64,000 bases of DNA from Myxococcota bacterium (GTDB taxonomy: Bacteria > Myxococcota_A > Polyangia > Nannocystales > Nannocystaceae), in NCBI GenBank assembly GCA_039028615.1, contig JBCCHT010000013.1:128001-192000 (forward strand), written 5' to 3'. The notes beneath the pieces were generated by a model that was not told where the DNA came from, ran no database searches, and was given only the letters and a program-made list of their open reading frames with translations. Made by a program: the position numbers and the translations under genes. The stretch's first letter is position 1. Every line of letters starts with the position of its first letter. Shown here in pieces: positions 39,827 to 49,206 of the stretch.

Positions 39827-40378
39827 CTACGGCGAGAACTCGTTCCAGGCCACGGCGAGCACCCGCTGGGTGCCTACGAGAGCCAGCGCCTCGAGCGGAG
39901 CGTCGTGCAGCGTGACGTGGACGGTGGAGCGTCCGCCGAGGTTGTAGCCGACCAGCTCGAGTCGACGCGCTTCAGGGTCGCAGTCGACGAACACCACGGT
40001 GTCGGTCGAGCCGTACTCGTCGGTGCGCTTGCCCTTGGGCCCCGCGTTCCAGCGGCTGGGGTCCCAGGACGAAAGCTCGGAGAACTGACGGTTTTCCGCC
40101 GTGCGCCAGGCCGTGCCCACGGGGCGGGGCAGCAGGCGATCGAGCTTCTTGGCCGACAGCGAGGCATAGACCACGTTCTCGTCGCGGCCGAAGGTGCGGC
40201 GGACCAGCGGGGCGCAGGTGCGGGGGGGCTCGGCGTCGCGGCCTTCGCTGACGTCCACCACCACGACGCCCAAGGCGCGGGCGCCCGCGTGGGCGGGCGG
40301 CGTGGGGCCGAGCATGAGCGCCCCGGCGAGGCCGAGACCGCAGGCGAGGGCGGGCGCGAGTCGGAAGGGCAGGCTCAT
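39827..40378 (-). CDS. Hypothetical secreted protein
   Basis: MSLPFRLAPALACGLGLAGALML..AHA signal peptide; ATGA overlap with the upstream CDS. Confidence 0.65.
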   Translation of the reverse strand: MSLPFRLAPALACGLGLAGALMLGPTPPAHAGARALGVVVVDVSEGRDAEPPRTCAPLVRRTFGRDENVVYASLSAKKLDRLLPRPVGTAWRTAENRQFSELSSWDPSRWNAGPKGKRTDEYGSTDTVVFVDCDPEARRLELVGYNLGGRSTVHVTLHDAPLEALALVGTQRVLAVAWNEFSP

Positions 40379-41181
40379 GGGCTCCTCGTGTTCACCAGCG
40401 GCACCAAAGTCTCGGCGAAGTCGGGCACGCCTTCGCCTCGGGCCTTCAGCGGGAAGGGACTGCCCGGTCCACCGCCGCGCACCTGGGAGTGCATGACCTC
40501 GTGCAGGCCGGCTTCGTCGCGTCGCAGCAGGGCCATGACCTGCACGCCCTTGCCCCGTCGCTTGCCGGACGAAAGCTCCCGCGGCGCGGTGAACCACAGC
40601 ACCAGGGTGGAGCCCGCACCGGACTCGGCGGAGGGGTCGACAGCGTCCTTGGTCCAGGCCGGATCGGCCAGCATCTTCGCGCGAACTTCGGCGTCGCCAC
40701 CGAGCCAGCGCTCGAGCGCGTTGCGTCGGGCATCGGTGAGCGCTCTCGTTCCTTCAGGCGGGGCCGGAGGCTCCACGTCGGGGCGGCTTTGCACCGAGGG
40801 CTCGAACACCAGCGGCGTCGCCCCGAGCTCGGCTTCGAGGCGCTTGTGCAGCTTGGTCAGCTTCTTCATCTGCGAGCTGAGCAGCTCGCCTTCGTGCATC
40901 ACCACCAGCTCGAGGTTGGGCGCGCCCGAGGGCAGGGCAGGGAGCACTGCGGCCGCCTTGGCAGGGGGCGTGGGCTCGCCTTCGTCGGCCGGCTTGGGCG
41001 GCGTTTCTTTGCCCGGTGAAGGCTCTTGGGGGCCCTTTGTCGCGGGTGTGTCCGCCTTCGCGGGGGCGGTCTTGGCGGGCGCCTCGTCCTTGCTCGCGGG
41101 CGGCTTGCCGTCACACGCCCAAAGCCCCGCTGGCACGATCGCCAGCACCCATGTCCGAAGCCGACCGTGGATCATTCGCAT
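40375..41181 (-). CDS. Hypothetical lipoprotein
   Basis: Lipobox LWAC followed by Pro/Ala/Lys linker and a globular domain. Confidence 0.7.
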   Translation of the reverse strand: MRMIHGRLRTWVLAIVPAGLWACDGKPPASKDEAPAKTAPAKADTPATKGPQEPSPGKETPPKPADEGEPTPPAKAAAVLPALPSGAPNLELVVMHEGELLSSQMKKLTKLHKRLEAELGATPLVFEPSVQSRPDVEPPAPPEGTRALTDARRNALERWLGGDAEVRAKMLADPAWTKDAVDPSAESGAGSTLVLWFTAPRELSSGKRRGKGVQVMALLRRDEAGLHEVMHSQVRGGGPGSPFPLKARGEGVPDFAETLVPLVNTRSP

Positions 41182-41186
41182 CGTCG

Positions 41187-41585
41187 TCAGGAAGTGGAAG
41201 AAGACGAACGCCGGGCCCCCAGCGCATACACGCCGATCGCAGCCCAGCCCGCCATGAAGCACAGCCCACCCAGCGGCGTGATGGCACCCAGCCATCGCGG
41301 CCCGCCGAGCACCATCAGGTACAGCGTGCCGCTGAAGATGACGATGCCCACGGGCAGCAGCGTGGCCGCGACCCCGAGCGCGCGGCTCGAGCCGCGGGCC
41401 CACAGACCCAGCGCCACGAGCAACACGGCGTGGAGCTGCTGGTAGTGCGCGCCCGTCTGCCAGATCTCGAGGTCACGGGCGGTGACCGCATCGCGCAGGC
41501 CGTGCGCTCCGAAGGCTCCTGCGGCCACGCCCAGCAGGCCGAGGACCGCCCCCAAAATGATGCTGCGGCGATCGACCGGGTTCAT
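41187..41585 (-). CDS. DUF423 (YgdD/TMEM256) small membrane protein
   Basis: GVAAGAFGAHGL, WQTGAHYQQLHA, IFSGTLY, LGAITPLGG. Confidence 0.92.
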   Translation of the reverse strand: MNPVDRRSIILGAVLGLLGVAAGAFGAHGLRDAVTARDLEIWQTGAHYQQLHAVLLVALGLWARGSSRALGVAATLLPVGIVIFSGTLYLMVLGGPRWLGAITPLGGLCFMAGWAAIGVYALGARRSSSSTS

Positions 41586-42481
41586 GGCGCACCACCCTGC
41601 GCGACTCGGCCGTGACGCTCGTCGAGCTGGCCGCGCAGCCACTTGGCGAAGTCTTCCTCTTTGCCGTCGCCATGGATCACGCGATAGCGGACCATGCTGG
41701 CGAAGGAATCGGAGGCAATCTCTTCGATGAAGGAGTCGATGTCCTCGATGTCCTTGCCGAGGAACTCCCACTTCTTGCGGAGCATGTCGGCGAACTGCGG
41801 GCCGGTGTACTCCTTGCGCTTGGGCTTGCGCTTGGCGACCGTCTTGGTCGGCTTCTTGACCGGCTTGGGCAGCACCTTGCGAGGCGGCGAGACGAAGCGG
41901 AGCTCGCTGCCTTCCACGATGCGCAGGGCCTCGAGGATGCTCAGCCGTCGGGCGTGTTCCTCGGCCTGACGCAGCGCCTCGGGGTCGGCGGGCGGAGCCG
42001 GGCGCCCCTCGAGCTCGGCGAGCCGCGACTGGTACCAGCTGGCCGCGAGCACCGATTCCTCTTCGGAGATGACGACGCGGTCGGCGGGCTCGTCGTTGCG
42101 CATGGGCGCGGCGATGCGCTCGATGAACTCGCGGGCGCTCTGCACTCCGTCGGGGTCGCGCTCGAGCAGTAGCTGTAGCTTGTCGGCGGTTGCGGCTCCG
42201 TCGCGCTCGATGTCGTCGTGCACGAAGGTGTGCTCGCTGCGACGCACGGCGGCGATCAACGCCTCGATCTTTTCCTGTTCGCTCTTGTCGGCGGACAGCT
42301 GCTCGGAGTGCATGCCCCGGGCCTCCTCGGTGGCGTCGAGGATCCGCGGGTTGGGGGCTCCGCAGGCGGCGGCGAGCCCGAGCAGGCACAGCGCGGCCAG
42401 GCCCGGTTTGGCGGTCGTGCGCGCAAACACGGACCGCAGACCTCCCCTTGCCCGGGGGGCGGTGGCGCGGCGTCCGATCAT
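41582..42481 (-). CDS. Lipoprotein with two tandem DUF5329-like domains
   Basis: LAAAC lipobox; two repeats of IEALI..V..S...F / A.ML..K...I...FIE.IAS.S..S...Y.V...W. Confidence 0.7.
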   Translation of the reverse strand: MIGRRATAPRARGGLRSVFARTTAKPGLAALCLLGLAAACGAPNPRILDATEEARGMHSEQLSADKSEQEKIEALIAAVRRSEHTFVHDDIERDGAATADKLQLLLERDPDGVQSAREFIERIAAPMRNDEPADRVVISEEESVLAASWYQSRLAELEGRPAPPADPEALRQAEEHARRLSILEALRIVEGSELRFVSPPRKVLPKPVKKPTKTVAKRKPKRKEYTGPQFADMLRKKWEFLGKDIEDIDSFIEEIASDSFASMVRYRVIHGDGKEEDFAKWLRGQLDERHGRVAQGGAP

Positions 42482-42500
42482 TCGTTACTAGGCTACCACC

Positions 42501-43916
42501 GTGCCCCGCGATGCACACCCGCTCGACATGTTCGAGGAACGTGCGGCATCCGACCCCGCCCTGACCCCGTTGGCCGAGCGGATGCGGCCCCGCTCGCTCG
42601 AGGAGATGGTGGGCCAACGGCATTTGCTGGGCCCGGGGAGGCTGCTGCGTCGACAAATCGAGGGCGGCCGCATCCCGAGCATGATCTTGTGGGGGTCTCC
42701 CGGAACGGGAAAAACGACGCTGGCGCGCCTGCTCGCGGGCCGGCACGGAGCCGCGTTCGAGGTGCTGTCCGCCGTGAGCGCGGGGGTGCGAGACATTCGG
42801 GCCGTCGTCGAGCGAGCCCGCGATCGTCGACGTCACGAATCACGAACCACGGTGTTGTTCGTCGACGAGATCCACCGCTTCAACCGCGCCCAGCAGGATG
42901 CGCTGTTGCCTCACGTCGAAGCGGGCATCTGTCGGCTCGTGGGGGCCACCACGGAAAACCCCAGCTTCGAGGTCAACGCGGCGTTGCTGTCGCGGGCTCG
43001 GGTGTTCCAGCTGCGGCCCCTCGAGATCGGCGACCTGGTCACGCTGCTGCGTCGGGCGCTGACGGATACCGAGCGCGGACTCGGTCGCGCCGACATCGAG
43101 ATCGACGACGGCTTGCTCGCGGCCATCGGCAACACCGCCAGCGGTGATGCGCGCCGAGCCTTGTCCGCTCTCGAGGCCGTGGTCGACCTGCTGCCCCCAG
43201 GCGAGACCAAACTGACCCGCGAGCTCGCAGCCGAAGCGCTCGGCGGTCAGCCGCTTCGCTACGACAAGGATGGCGAAGAGCACTACAACGTCATCTCCGC
43301 CTTCATCAAGAGCATGCGGGCGAGCGATGCCGACGCCTCGATGTACTGGCTCGCGCGCATGGTCGAGTCGGGCGAGGACCTGCGCTTCATGGCGCGGCGC
43401 CTGGTCATCTTCGCGAGCGAAGACATCGGCAACGCCGAGCCGCAGGCGCTGGTGGTGGCTCGGGCCGCGGCCGAAGCGGTGCACATGGTCGGCATGCCCG
43501 AAGCGGTGCTGCACCTGAGCCAAGCCACGCAGTTCATGGCGCTCGCGCCCAAGAGCAACTCGGCGCTGCGGGCCTATGCCGCGGCGCGCAAGGACGTGAA
43601 ACGTTACGGGGCGCTGCCCGTGCCGCTGGTCATTCGCAACGCGGTCACCGACCTGATGAAGGACGTGCAGTACGGCGTGGGCTATCGCTATCCGCACGAC
43701 CTCGGCAGCGGCGTCGACGACCAGCACGTCAGCTATCTGCCCGATGCCATCGTGCGTCGTCGCGAGGCCGAGTCGTTCACGCCTTACGTCGAGCCCAGCG
43801 ATCGCGGCTGGGAGGGCCGGGCCGCGCGTCGACTCGCCGAGCGTCGCCAAGGTTCGTCGGGCGACAACCAAGAGGCAGAGACGGGCGAGTCCGAAGACCC
43901 GCCCGACCCGGCATGA
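42501..43916 (+). CDS. rarA: Replication-associated recombination protein A (MgsA/RarA)
   Basis: PLAERMRP, WGSPGTGKTT, FVDEIHRFN, GATTENP, YDKDGEEHYNVISAFIKSMR, ASEDIGNA, APKSN. Confidence 0.97.
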   Translation: MPRDAHPLDMFEERAASDPALTPLAERMRPRSLEEMVGQRHLLGPGRLLRRQIEGGRIPSMILWGSPGTGKTTLARLLAGRHGAAFEVLSAVSAGVRDIRAVVERARDRRRHESRTTVLFVDEIHRFNRAQQDALLPHVEAGICRLVGATTENPSFEVNAALLSRARVFQLRPLEIGDLVTLLRRALTDTERGLGRADIEIDDGLLAAIGNTASGDARRALSALEAVVDLLPPGETKLTRELAAEALGGQPLRYDKDGEEHYNVISAFIKSMRASDADASMYWLARMVESGEDLRFMARRLVIFASEDIGNAEPQALVVARAAAEAVHMVGMPEAVLHLSQATQFMALAPKSNSALRAYAAARKDVKRYGALPVPLVIRNAVTDLMKDVQYGVGYRYPHDLGSGVDDQHVSYLPDAIVRRREAESFTPYVEPSDRGWEGRAARRLAERRQGSSGDNQEAETGESEDPPDPA

Positions 43917-44003
43917 AGGGTTGTTGGTCGCTCCACCGAGTCATGGCGATGAAAACGCCATGACCGCGCGAGCTCGAAGAGGCGAGCCCGCGTCGCGCGA
44001 GGC

Positions 44004-44126
44004 CTAGCTCTGGCCGGCGCGGTCGCGACGGGCCTGCTCGGCCCGTCGAGCCATGCGCTCCTTGAGACGGCGCTGGCGCTTGCGACGGAGCATCTTGAGG
44101 GTGCGGCGGTTGTCTCCCTTGCCCAT
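44004..44126 (-). CDS. 40-aa basic small protein, THX/bS22-like candidate ribosomal protein (not in ORF track)
   Basis: Manual translation MGKGDNRRTLKMLRRKRQRRLKERMARRAEQARRDRAGQS*; 17/40 Arg+Lys; mostly G/C-ending codons; sits cleanly between rarA and pdxJ. Confidence 0.65.
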   Translation of the reverse strand: MGKGDNRRTLKMLRRKRQRRLKERMARRAEQARRDRAGQS

Positions 44127-44189
44127 GGAGCGGTTTTTCGCCGATGCGTGGCTTGGAATCAAGCCCCTGGTCGGCTAGATGCCCCACAA

Positions 44190-44954
44190 ATGGTCCGCCT
44201 CAGCGTCAACATCAACAAGATCGCGACTCTGCGGAATTCCCGCATCCCGCCCGAGGACCACGCGGAGTATTCGGGCGTCCCCAGCATGGAGCGGGCCCTG
44301 CGGGTGTGTCTCGACGCGGGCGCGCCCGGCATCACCGTCCATCCGCGCGAGGACCAGCGGCACATCACCCCCGCCGACGTGCGGCTCGTGGCCGGGCAGC
44401 TGGCCCCGCTGCGCGACACGGTGGAGTTCAACATCGAAGGCGATCCGCGCCCCGACCTGCTGGCGCTCGCGCACGAGGTGAAGCCGCATCAGCTCACATT
44501 GGTGCCGGTCCGGCCCGGCGAGGTCACCAGCGAGGCGGGATGGCCCGCGGATACGCCGCGGGCCGAACTGGGCCAGATCATCGCCGACGCCCAAGCGGCG
44601 GGCATGCGCGTCAGCGTGTTCATCGACGCCAAGGCCGACGCCGTGCGCTGGGCCGCGGGCATGGGGGCCGACCGGATCGAGCTGTACACCGAGCCCTACG
44701 CCGCTGCGTGTCGGCTCGGGGCGGACGCGGCACGAGCGTCGATGGAGCGGTTCCGAGAGGCGGCGCGGTTGGCCCATGAACTCGGGCTGGGGATCAACGC
44801 CGGACACGACCTCGACCTCGACAACCTCGTGCTCTTTCGCGACCTGCCGCACCTCGACGAGGTGTCGATCGGCCACGCGATCATGGCCGAGGCGGTGTTC
44901 GACGGCCTCGGTACGGTGGTCCGTCGCTATCTCGAACTGCTCGCGTCGGCATGA
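44190..44954 (+). CDS. pdxJ: Pyridoxine 5'-phosphate synthase
   Basis: LSVNINKIATLRNSR, GITVHPREDQRHI, FNIEG, TLVP, IELYT, NAGHDL, EVSIGHA. Confidence 0.97.
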   Translation: MVRLSVNINKIATLRNSRIPPEDHAEYSGVPSMERALRVCLDAGAPGITVHPREDQRHITPADVRLVAGQLAPLRDTVEFNIEGDPRPDLLALAHEVKPHQLTLVPVRPGEVTSEAGWPADTPRAELGQIIADAQAAGMRVSVFIDAKADAVRWAAGMGADRIELYTEPYAAACRLGADAARASMERFREAARLAHELGLGINAGHDLDLDNLVLFRDLPHLDEVSIGHAIMAEAVFDGLGTVVRRYLELLASA

Positions 44955-45103
44955 GCCCGAAAAAGGCGCAGACGCCCGGGCAAAACGGCGGGAAAACCGG
45001 GGGGCCAGGCCGCCGGGCGCAGGTCCCGAGGCGGTCCCTTCGGGGTGTTGGGGCCCGTGCGGGCGCTGGACAAAGAGCGAGCGGGTAGGGGACCCTGGCC
45101 AGC

Positions 45104-46084
45104 ATGTCGCGCAGGTGCAGCGCCGTCGCGGTGGGGCTGTCGATCTCGCTGGTCACGGCCAGCGGGGCGGCTGCTGCGACGCGCACCGCCGATGCCACCG
45201 GCCCGGCTGCGCAGGCGCCCGAGAACCTCGGCACCGTCATTTCGGAGGCCGACGCGCATGAGCACGCCGGGCGCTACGCCGACGCCGCGCGTCGCTACGC
45301 CGACGCGTACGCGATGACCTCCAACTCCAACCAGTACCGGGGCACCGACGTGGCGCTGCAGACGGTCCTGGCGTCGGCCAAGGCCTACCGCAGTGCCTTC
45401 GATGCCTCGGACGACGACTACACGTTCGCGGTCGAGTCCAAGGCCCTGCTCGACGCCGTGGTGGCGGAATGGACGGCGATGGGGCAACCGGTGCCGGACG
45501 CCATCCGCAAGGAGCTCGAGTGGGCGGAGGCTCGGATCGCCGAAAAACCCCCGGACCCGGTGGTGGTGCCGCCGACCGAGCCCGAACCGGAACCGGAGCC
45601 GGAGCCCGCCTCCGAACCGGAACCGGAGCCCGAGCCCCAGATCGAGGCCGAGCCGGAGCCCGAACCCGAACCAGAGCCCGATCACTCGCGCCGGGACGTG
45701 GGCATCGCGCTGACCGGCCTCGGCCTGGCCAGCACCATCGGCGGCATCGTGTCGGTGGCGGTGGGCGTGCCCGTCCGGGGCGCGGCCCAGGACTACCGCA
45801 CCGAGGTCCTCCAAAGCCCCCAGTTCACCGCATTGAGCGCCCGCGACCAGGACACGGCGACCTCGGCCCTGCAGACCTACGTCGAGACCGAGACGCGGCG
45901 CGGGGTCATCCTGATGGGGGTCGGCGGGGCGGCCATCGGCGTCGGCGTGACCGGCATCGTCGTCGGCAGCATCATCTTGGCCCGCAGCGGTCGTCGCTCG
46001 GCCCCCGGAGCCCGGGCTCGCCTCTCGCCCCGCGTGGCGATGGGGCGGGGTTCGGCCACGATGGGGCTTCGGCTCCGCTTTTGA
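45104..46084 (+). CDS. Secreted/membrane protein: TPR-like helices + (EP)n linker + Gly-rich hydrophobic segments
   Basis: AGRYADAARRYADAY helix; EPEPEP linker; two Gly-rich hydrophobic stretches; terminal MGLRLRF. Confidence 0.7.
   Translation: MSRRCSAVAVGLSISLVTASGAAAATRTADATGPAAQAPENLGTVISEADAHEHAGRYADAARRYADAYAMTSNSNQYRGTDVALQTVLASAKAYRSAFDASDDDYTFAVESKALLDAVVAEWTAMGQPVPDAIRKELEWAEARIAEKPPDPVVVPPTEPEPEPEPEPASEPEPEPEPQIEAEPEPEPEPEPDHSRRDVGIALTGLGLASTIGGIVSVAVGVPVRGAAQDYRTEVLQSPQFTALSARDQDTATSALQTYVETETRRGVILMGVGGAAIGVGVTGIVVGSIILARSGRRSAPGARARLSPRVAMGRGSATMGLRLRF
45577..45682 (+). repeat. Coding hexanucleotide-type repeat (GARCCS)n encoding a Glu-Pro linker
   Basis: gagcccgaaccggaaccggagccggagccc... 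with synonymous variation. Confidence 0.8.
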
Positions 46085-46096
46085 ACGAGGACGCGC

Positions 46097-47824
46097 GTGA
46101 GCTCTTCCTCCCGTCTCGAAGTCTATCCCGGTCGGCTCAACGATGGCCTCGTCATCGATGGCCGCTACCGGGTGCTCCGCGAGATCGGGCGCGGCGGCAT
46201 GGGGGCGGTGTACGAGGTCGAGCAGATCAAGCTGGAGAAGCGGGTCGCGCTCAAGGTGCTCCAGGCGGGCCGGGCCGACAGCGAAGGCGGCGAGGAGGAC
46301 AACAGCCTCAAGCGCTTCGTCCGTGAGGCCCGGGCCGCCTCCGCCATCAAGCACCGCAACGTCGTCGACATCATCGACTTCGGCGACTTCACCGACGGCT
46401 CGGCGTACTACGTCATGGAGCTTTTACGGGGCAAGGACCTGTCCTCGGTGCTCAAGCGCGAGCAGAGCCTGTCCTGGCCGCGCGCCAAGGTGTTGCTGCG
46501 CCAGGTCCTGAGCGCGCTGGCGGCCGCCCACGAGCAGAGCATCATCCACCGCGACATCAAGCCCGCCAACATCATGCTGCTCGACGAGCCGGACGAGTTC
46601 GGCAACGAGTGGATCAAGGTGTTGGACTTCGGCATCGCCAAGGTCCAGGACACGGGACGCGATGCCCAGGCGCTGACCGGCACCTCCGAGCTGCTCGGTA
46701 CGGCGGCGTACATGGGCCCCGAGGTCGCGCGAGGCGAGCGAGCCTGCCATCGCACCGACCTGTACGCGGTGGGCGTGGTGGCCTTCGAACTGCTGACGGG
46801 CACCGTGCCCTTCACCGCGGCCAATACCTTCCAGGTCCTGCTGCGGCACATCAACGACCAGCCGCCGCGGCCCTCCGAGTACAACGACACGCTCACGCCG
46901 GCCATCGACGCGTTCATCCTGCACTCGCTCGCCAAGCAGACCGAGGACCGCTACGTGGATGCCAGCGCCATGCTGGAGCGGCTCGACGCCATCGACGACG
47001 AGGGCATGATGGCCGGGCCCATCCCCGCGCTGCCCAAGGCGAGCGCGCCAGCCGTGTCCGCCCCCGTTCCGGTCGCACCTCGCCCGACGCCGCAGAAGAC
47101 CGACCTGTACCAGCACAGCGTGCCGCTCCCGAGCGGCCTGCGACCGCCGTCGGAGGTGCTCACCGAGGCGCTCTCGTCCACCGAGCTCGAGACGGCCGCG
47201 ATCTCGCCCGAGGACAGCTCTCGGCGTTCACGGTGGCCGCTGGTGGCGTTTTTTGTCGTGGCCGTGCTGCTGGCCATCGGGGTGACCCGAATGCTGAGCA
47301 CCGATGCCGCGGCCGAGCCGAAGACGGAGCCCGCACCCGCTTCGGCTACGCCGGTCGAGCCTGGGCCCGATGAGCCCGGCGCATCGGCCCATGCGGCAGC
47401 AGCAGACGTCGCGGGCAGCACGGGCGCCGTCGAGGCGGCGGGGGAGGGATCCAGCGGAGGGGAAGCCACCGCCGACTCGAGCACGGGCGCCCCAAACCCC
47501 GAGCCCGACGCGAGCACGGAGACGGGCGAGGCTCCACCGGTCGAGCCCACCCCAGCCAAAAAATGCACCTCGATCGCCTGCCGTCAGCGCAGTGCGGTGA
47601 AGCGAATCCGCGGCTCCATTCGCCGCCGCTGTCGATCGCTGGCCACCGGGGGCTCGGTGAAGGTCAAGCTCACCGTCGGCACCGCGGGGGAAGTGCTCAT
47701 GCCCCGAGCGCTCGCGCCCCACGATCGCTCCGCCCTGGGCAAGTGCGTCATCGAAGCGGTCGCCAAGGGGCGCTTCCCCGCCTCCAACCAGCTTCGGACC
47801 CTCAACCTGGAGTTCCGGCCATGA
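46097..47824 (+). CDS. Ser/Thr protein kinase with TM helix and C-terminal TonB-C/AgmX-like domain
   Basis: GRGGMGAVY, VALK, HRDIKPAN, DFG, YMGPE; TM WPLVAFFVVAVLLAIGV; C-terminal VKVKLTVGTAGEV...LGKCVIEAVAKGRFP. Confidence 0.93.
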   Translation: MSSSSRLEVYPGRLNDGLVIDGRYRVLREIGRGGMGAVYEVEQIKLEKRVALKVLQAGRADSEGGEEDNSLKRFVREARAASAIKHRNVVDIIDFGDFTDGSAYYVMELLRGKDLSSVLKREQSLSWPRAKVLLRQVLSALAAAHEQSIIHRDIKPANIMLLDEPDEFGNEWIKVLDFGIAKVQDTGRDAQALTGTSELLGTAAYMGPEVARGERACHRTDLYAVGVVAFELLTGTVPFTAANTFQVLLRHINDQPPRPSEYNDTLTPAIDAFILHSLAKQTEDRYVDASAMLERLDAIDDEGMMAGPIPALPKASAPAVSAPVPVAPRPTPQKTDLYQHSVPLPSGLRPPSEVLTEALSSTELETAAISPEDSSRRSRWPLVAFFVVAVLLAIGVTRMLSTDAAAEPKTEPAPASATPVEPGPDEPGASAHAAAADVAGSTGAVEAAGEGSSGGEATADSSTGAPNPEPDASTETGEAPPVEPTPAKKCTSIACRQRSAVKRIRGSIRRRCRSLATGGSVKVKLTVGTAGEVLMPRALAPHDRSALGKCVIEAVAKGRFPASNQLRTLNLEFRP

Positions 47825-49206
47825 ATCTGCACCCGTCTCGCCCGTCGATGAGGGTCCTGCTCGCGCCGCTGTTGGTGGCGGGGCTGGCATGTGGCCCCAG
47901 CACCTACGAGATCGCGGTCTCCGGGTCCTCGGGAGGGCCGCCGACGGCGGGGACCGAGCCGTCTGCGATGAGCACGGGGCCGACCTCGACCACCCGCGGC
48001 GACACGGACCCCTCGGACACGACCGAGACCACCGTGGCCGCCGACTCGGGCAGCAGCGGGGGCGACTGCGTGAGCCAAGACGACGGGGGGTGGTGGCGGA
48101 CCGAGTGGACTCGCCGACGCCTGCTCGAGATCGACACCACGGTCTTCGACGCGGCCGTCACCGACTTGCCCGTGCTGCTCCGGCTCGACTCGGAGGGGCT
48201 CGGCCCCTCGTGGTCGGAGCGATCCGGCGCCGACCTGCGCTTCCGGGCCGAAGGCGACGTCGAGGTGTCCTACGAAATCGACGACGTCGATTCCGACGGG
48301 AACCTGGCGGTGTGGTTGTCGATTTCCGAGCTCGACCCGGCGGCGGGCTCGATGCCGGTCTGGATGTACTACGGCAATCCGCAGGCCGAGGCCCCCGATG
48401 GCGCCGAAGCGGTCTGGAGCGGACACATCAGCGTGCATCACCTGGGCACCGACCTCGAGGACTCGGCCGAGGACCACACCGGTCGCTCCAACTGGGAGCC
48501 GGAGGTCTGCGACGGCAAGTGTGGCCCCCGGATCGGCGTCGCGCGGCGCTTCGACCCCGAGCAGCTGCACGAGGTCATCTTCGACGGCCACCAAGACTAC
48601 GACCTGGGCGTCTCGCCCTACGAGCCCGCGGTCATGGAGTTCACCATCAGCCTGTGGATGCGGGCCGCTTCGCTGGCCGAGTACCCCTGGGGCGGGCTGG
48701 TGGCCAAGGGCGACGACACCTGGCGGCTGCAGGCCAGCAGCTTCCCCGACGCGCCAAAGCTCGACGAGCGCATCACCTTCGGCTACGACTGCAACCCGAT
48801 CCAGACCGCCTGCACGGGGGCGCCGATCGACATGGCCGGCAACGCCAACCTCGTCTCCAACGTCGCGGTCGACGACAACCAATGGCATCACGTCGCCACG
48901 ACCGTCGAGATCATCGACGAGCCGGTGCCGTTGCCCATCGAGTACATCCCCGACGTCCGAATCCGCATCTACATCGATGGGATCGAGGCCGCAACGCCGC
49001 AGGAAGTGTTCGGGTTCCTGCTCCCCGAGGACGATCAACCAGTTCGCCTCGGCCACAACATCAGCGCGGCCAATCGCTGGCAGGGGGACCTCGACGAGGT
49101 CCGCTTCGAGGCCCGGGCCCGCAGCGCGGCCGAGATCGCGGCCGACTACGCCACCGTCGTCAACGAGCACGTGGCCATCGGGGAGGAGGACGTCCTGTGT
49201 CGCTGA
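47821..49206 (+). CDS. Lipoprotein with DUF2341 + LamG-like domains
   Basis: Lipobox GLAC; WW..W..RR; DLRF...YEID...VW...WMYYGNP; FTISLW, WHHVA, IYIDG, GDLDEVR. Confidence 0.85.
   Translation: MNLHPSRPSMRVLLAPLLVAGLACGPSTYEIAVSGSSGGPPTAGTEPSAMSTGPTSTTRGDTDPSDTTETTVAADSGSSGGDCVSQDDGGWWRTEWTRRRLLEIDTTVFDAAVTDLPVLLRLDSEGLGPSWSERSGADLRFRAEGDVEVSYEIDDVDSDGNLAVWLSISELDPAAGSMPVWMYYGNPQAEAPDGAEAVWSGHISVHHLGTDLEDSAEDHTGRSNWEPEVCDGKCGPRIGVARRFDPEQLHEVIFDGHQDYDLGVSPYEPAVMEFTISLWMRAASLAEYPWGGLVAKGDDTWRLQASSFPDAPKLDERITFGYDCNPIQTACTGAPIDMAGNANLVSNVAVDDNQWHHVATTVEIIDEPVPLPIEYIPDVRIRIYIDGIEAATPQEVFGFLLPEDDQPVRLGHNISAANRWQGDLDEVRFEARARSAAEIAADYATVVNEHVAIGEEDVLCR

Noticed and set aside
45577..45682. (EP)n repeat as a contingency or phase-variation locus
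   Set aside because: In-frame, synonymous-variant linker typical of myxobacterial proteins
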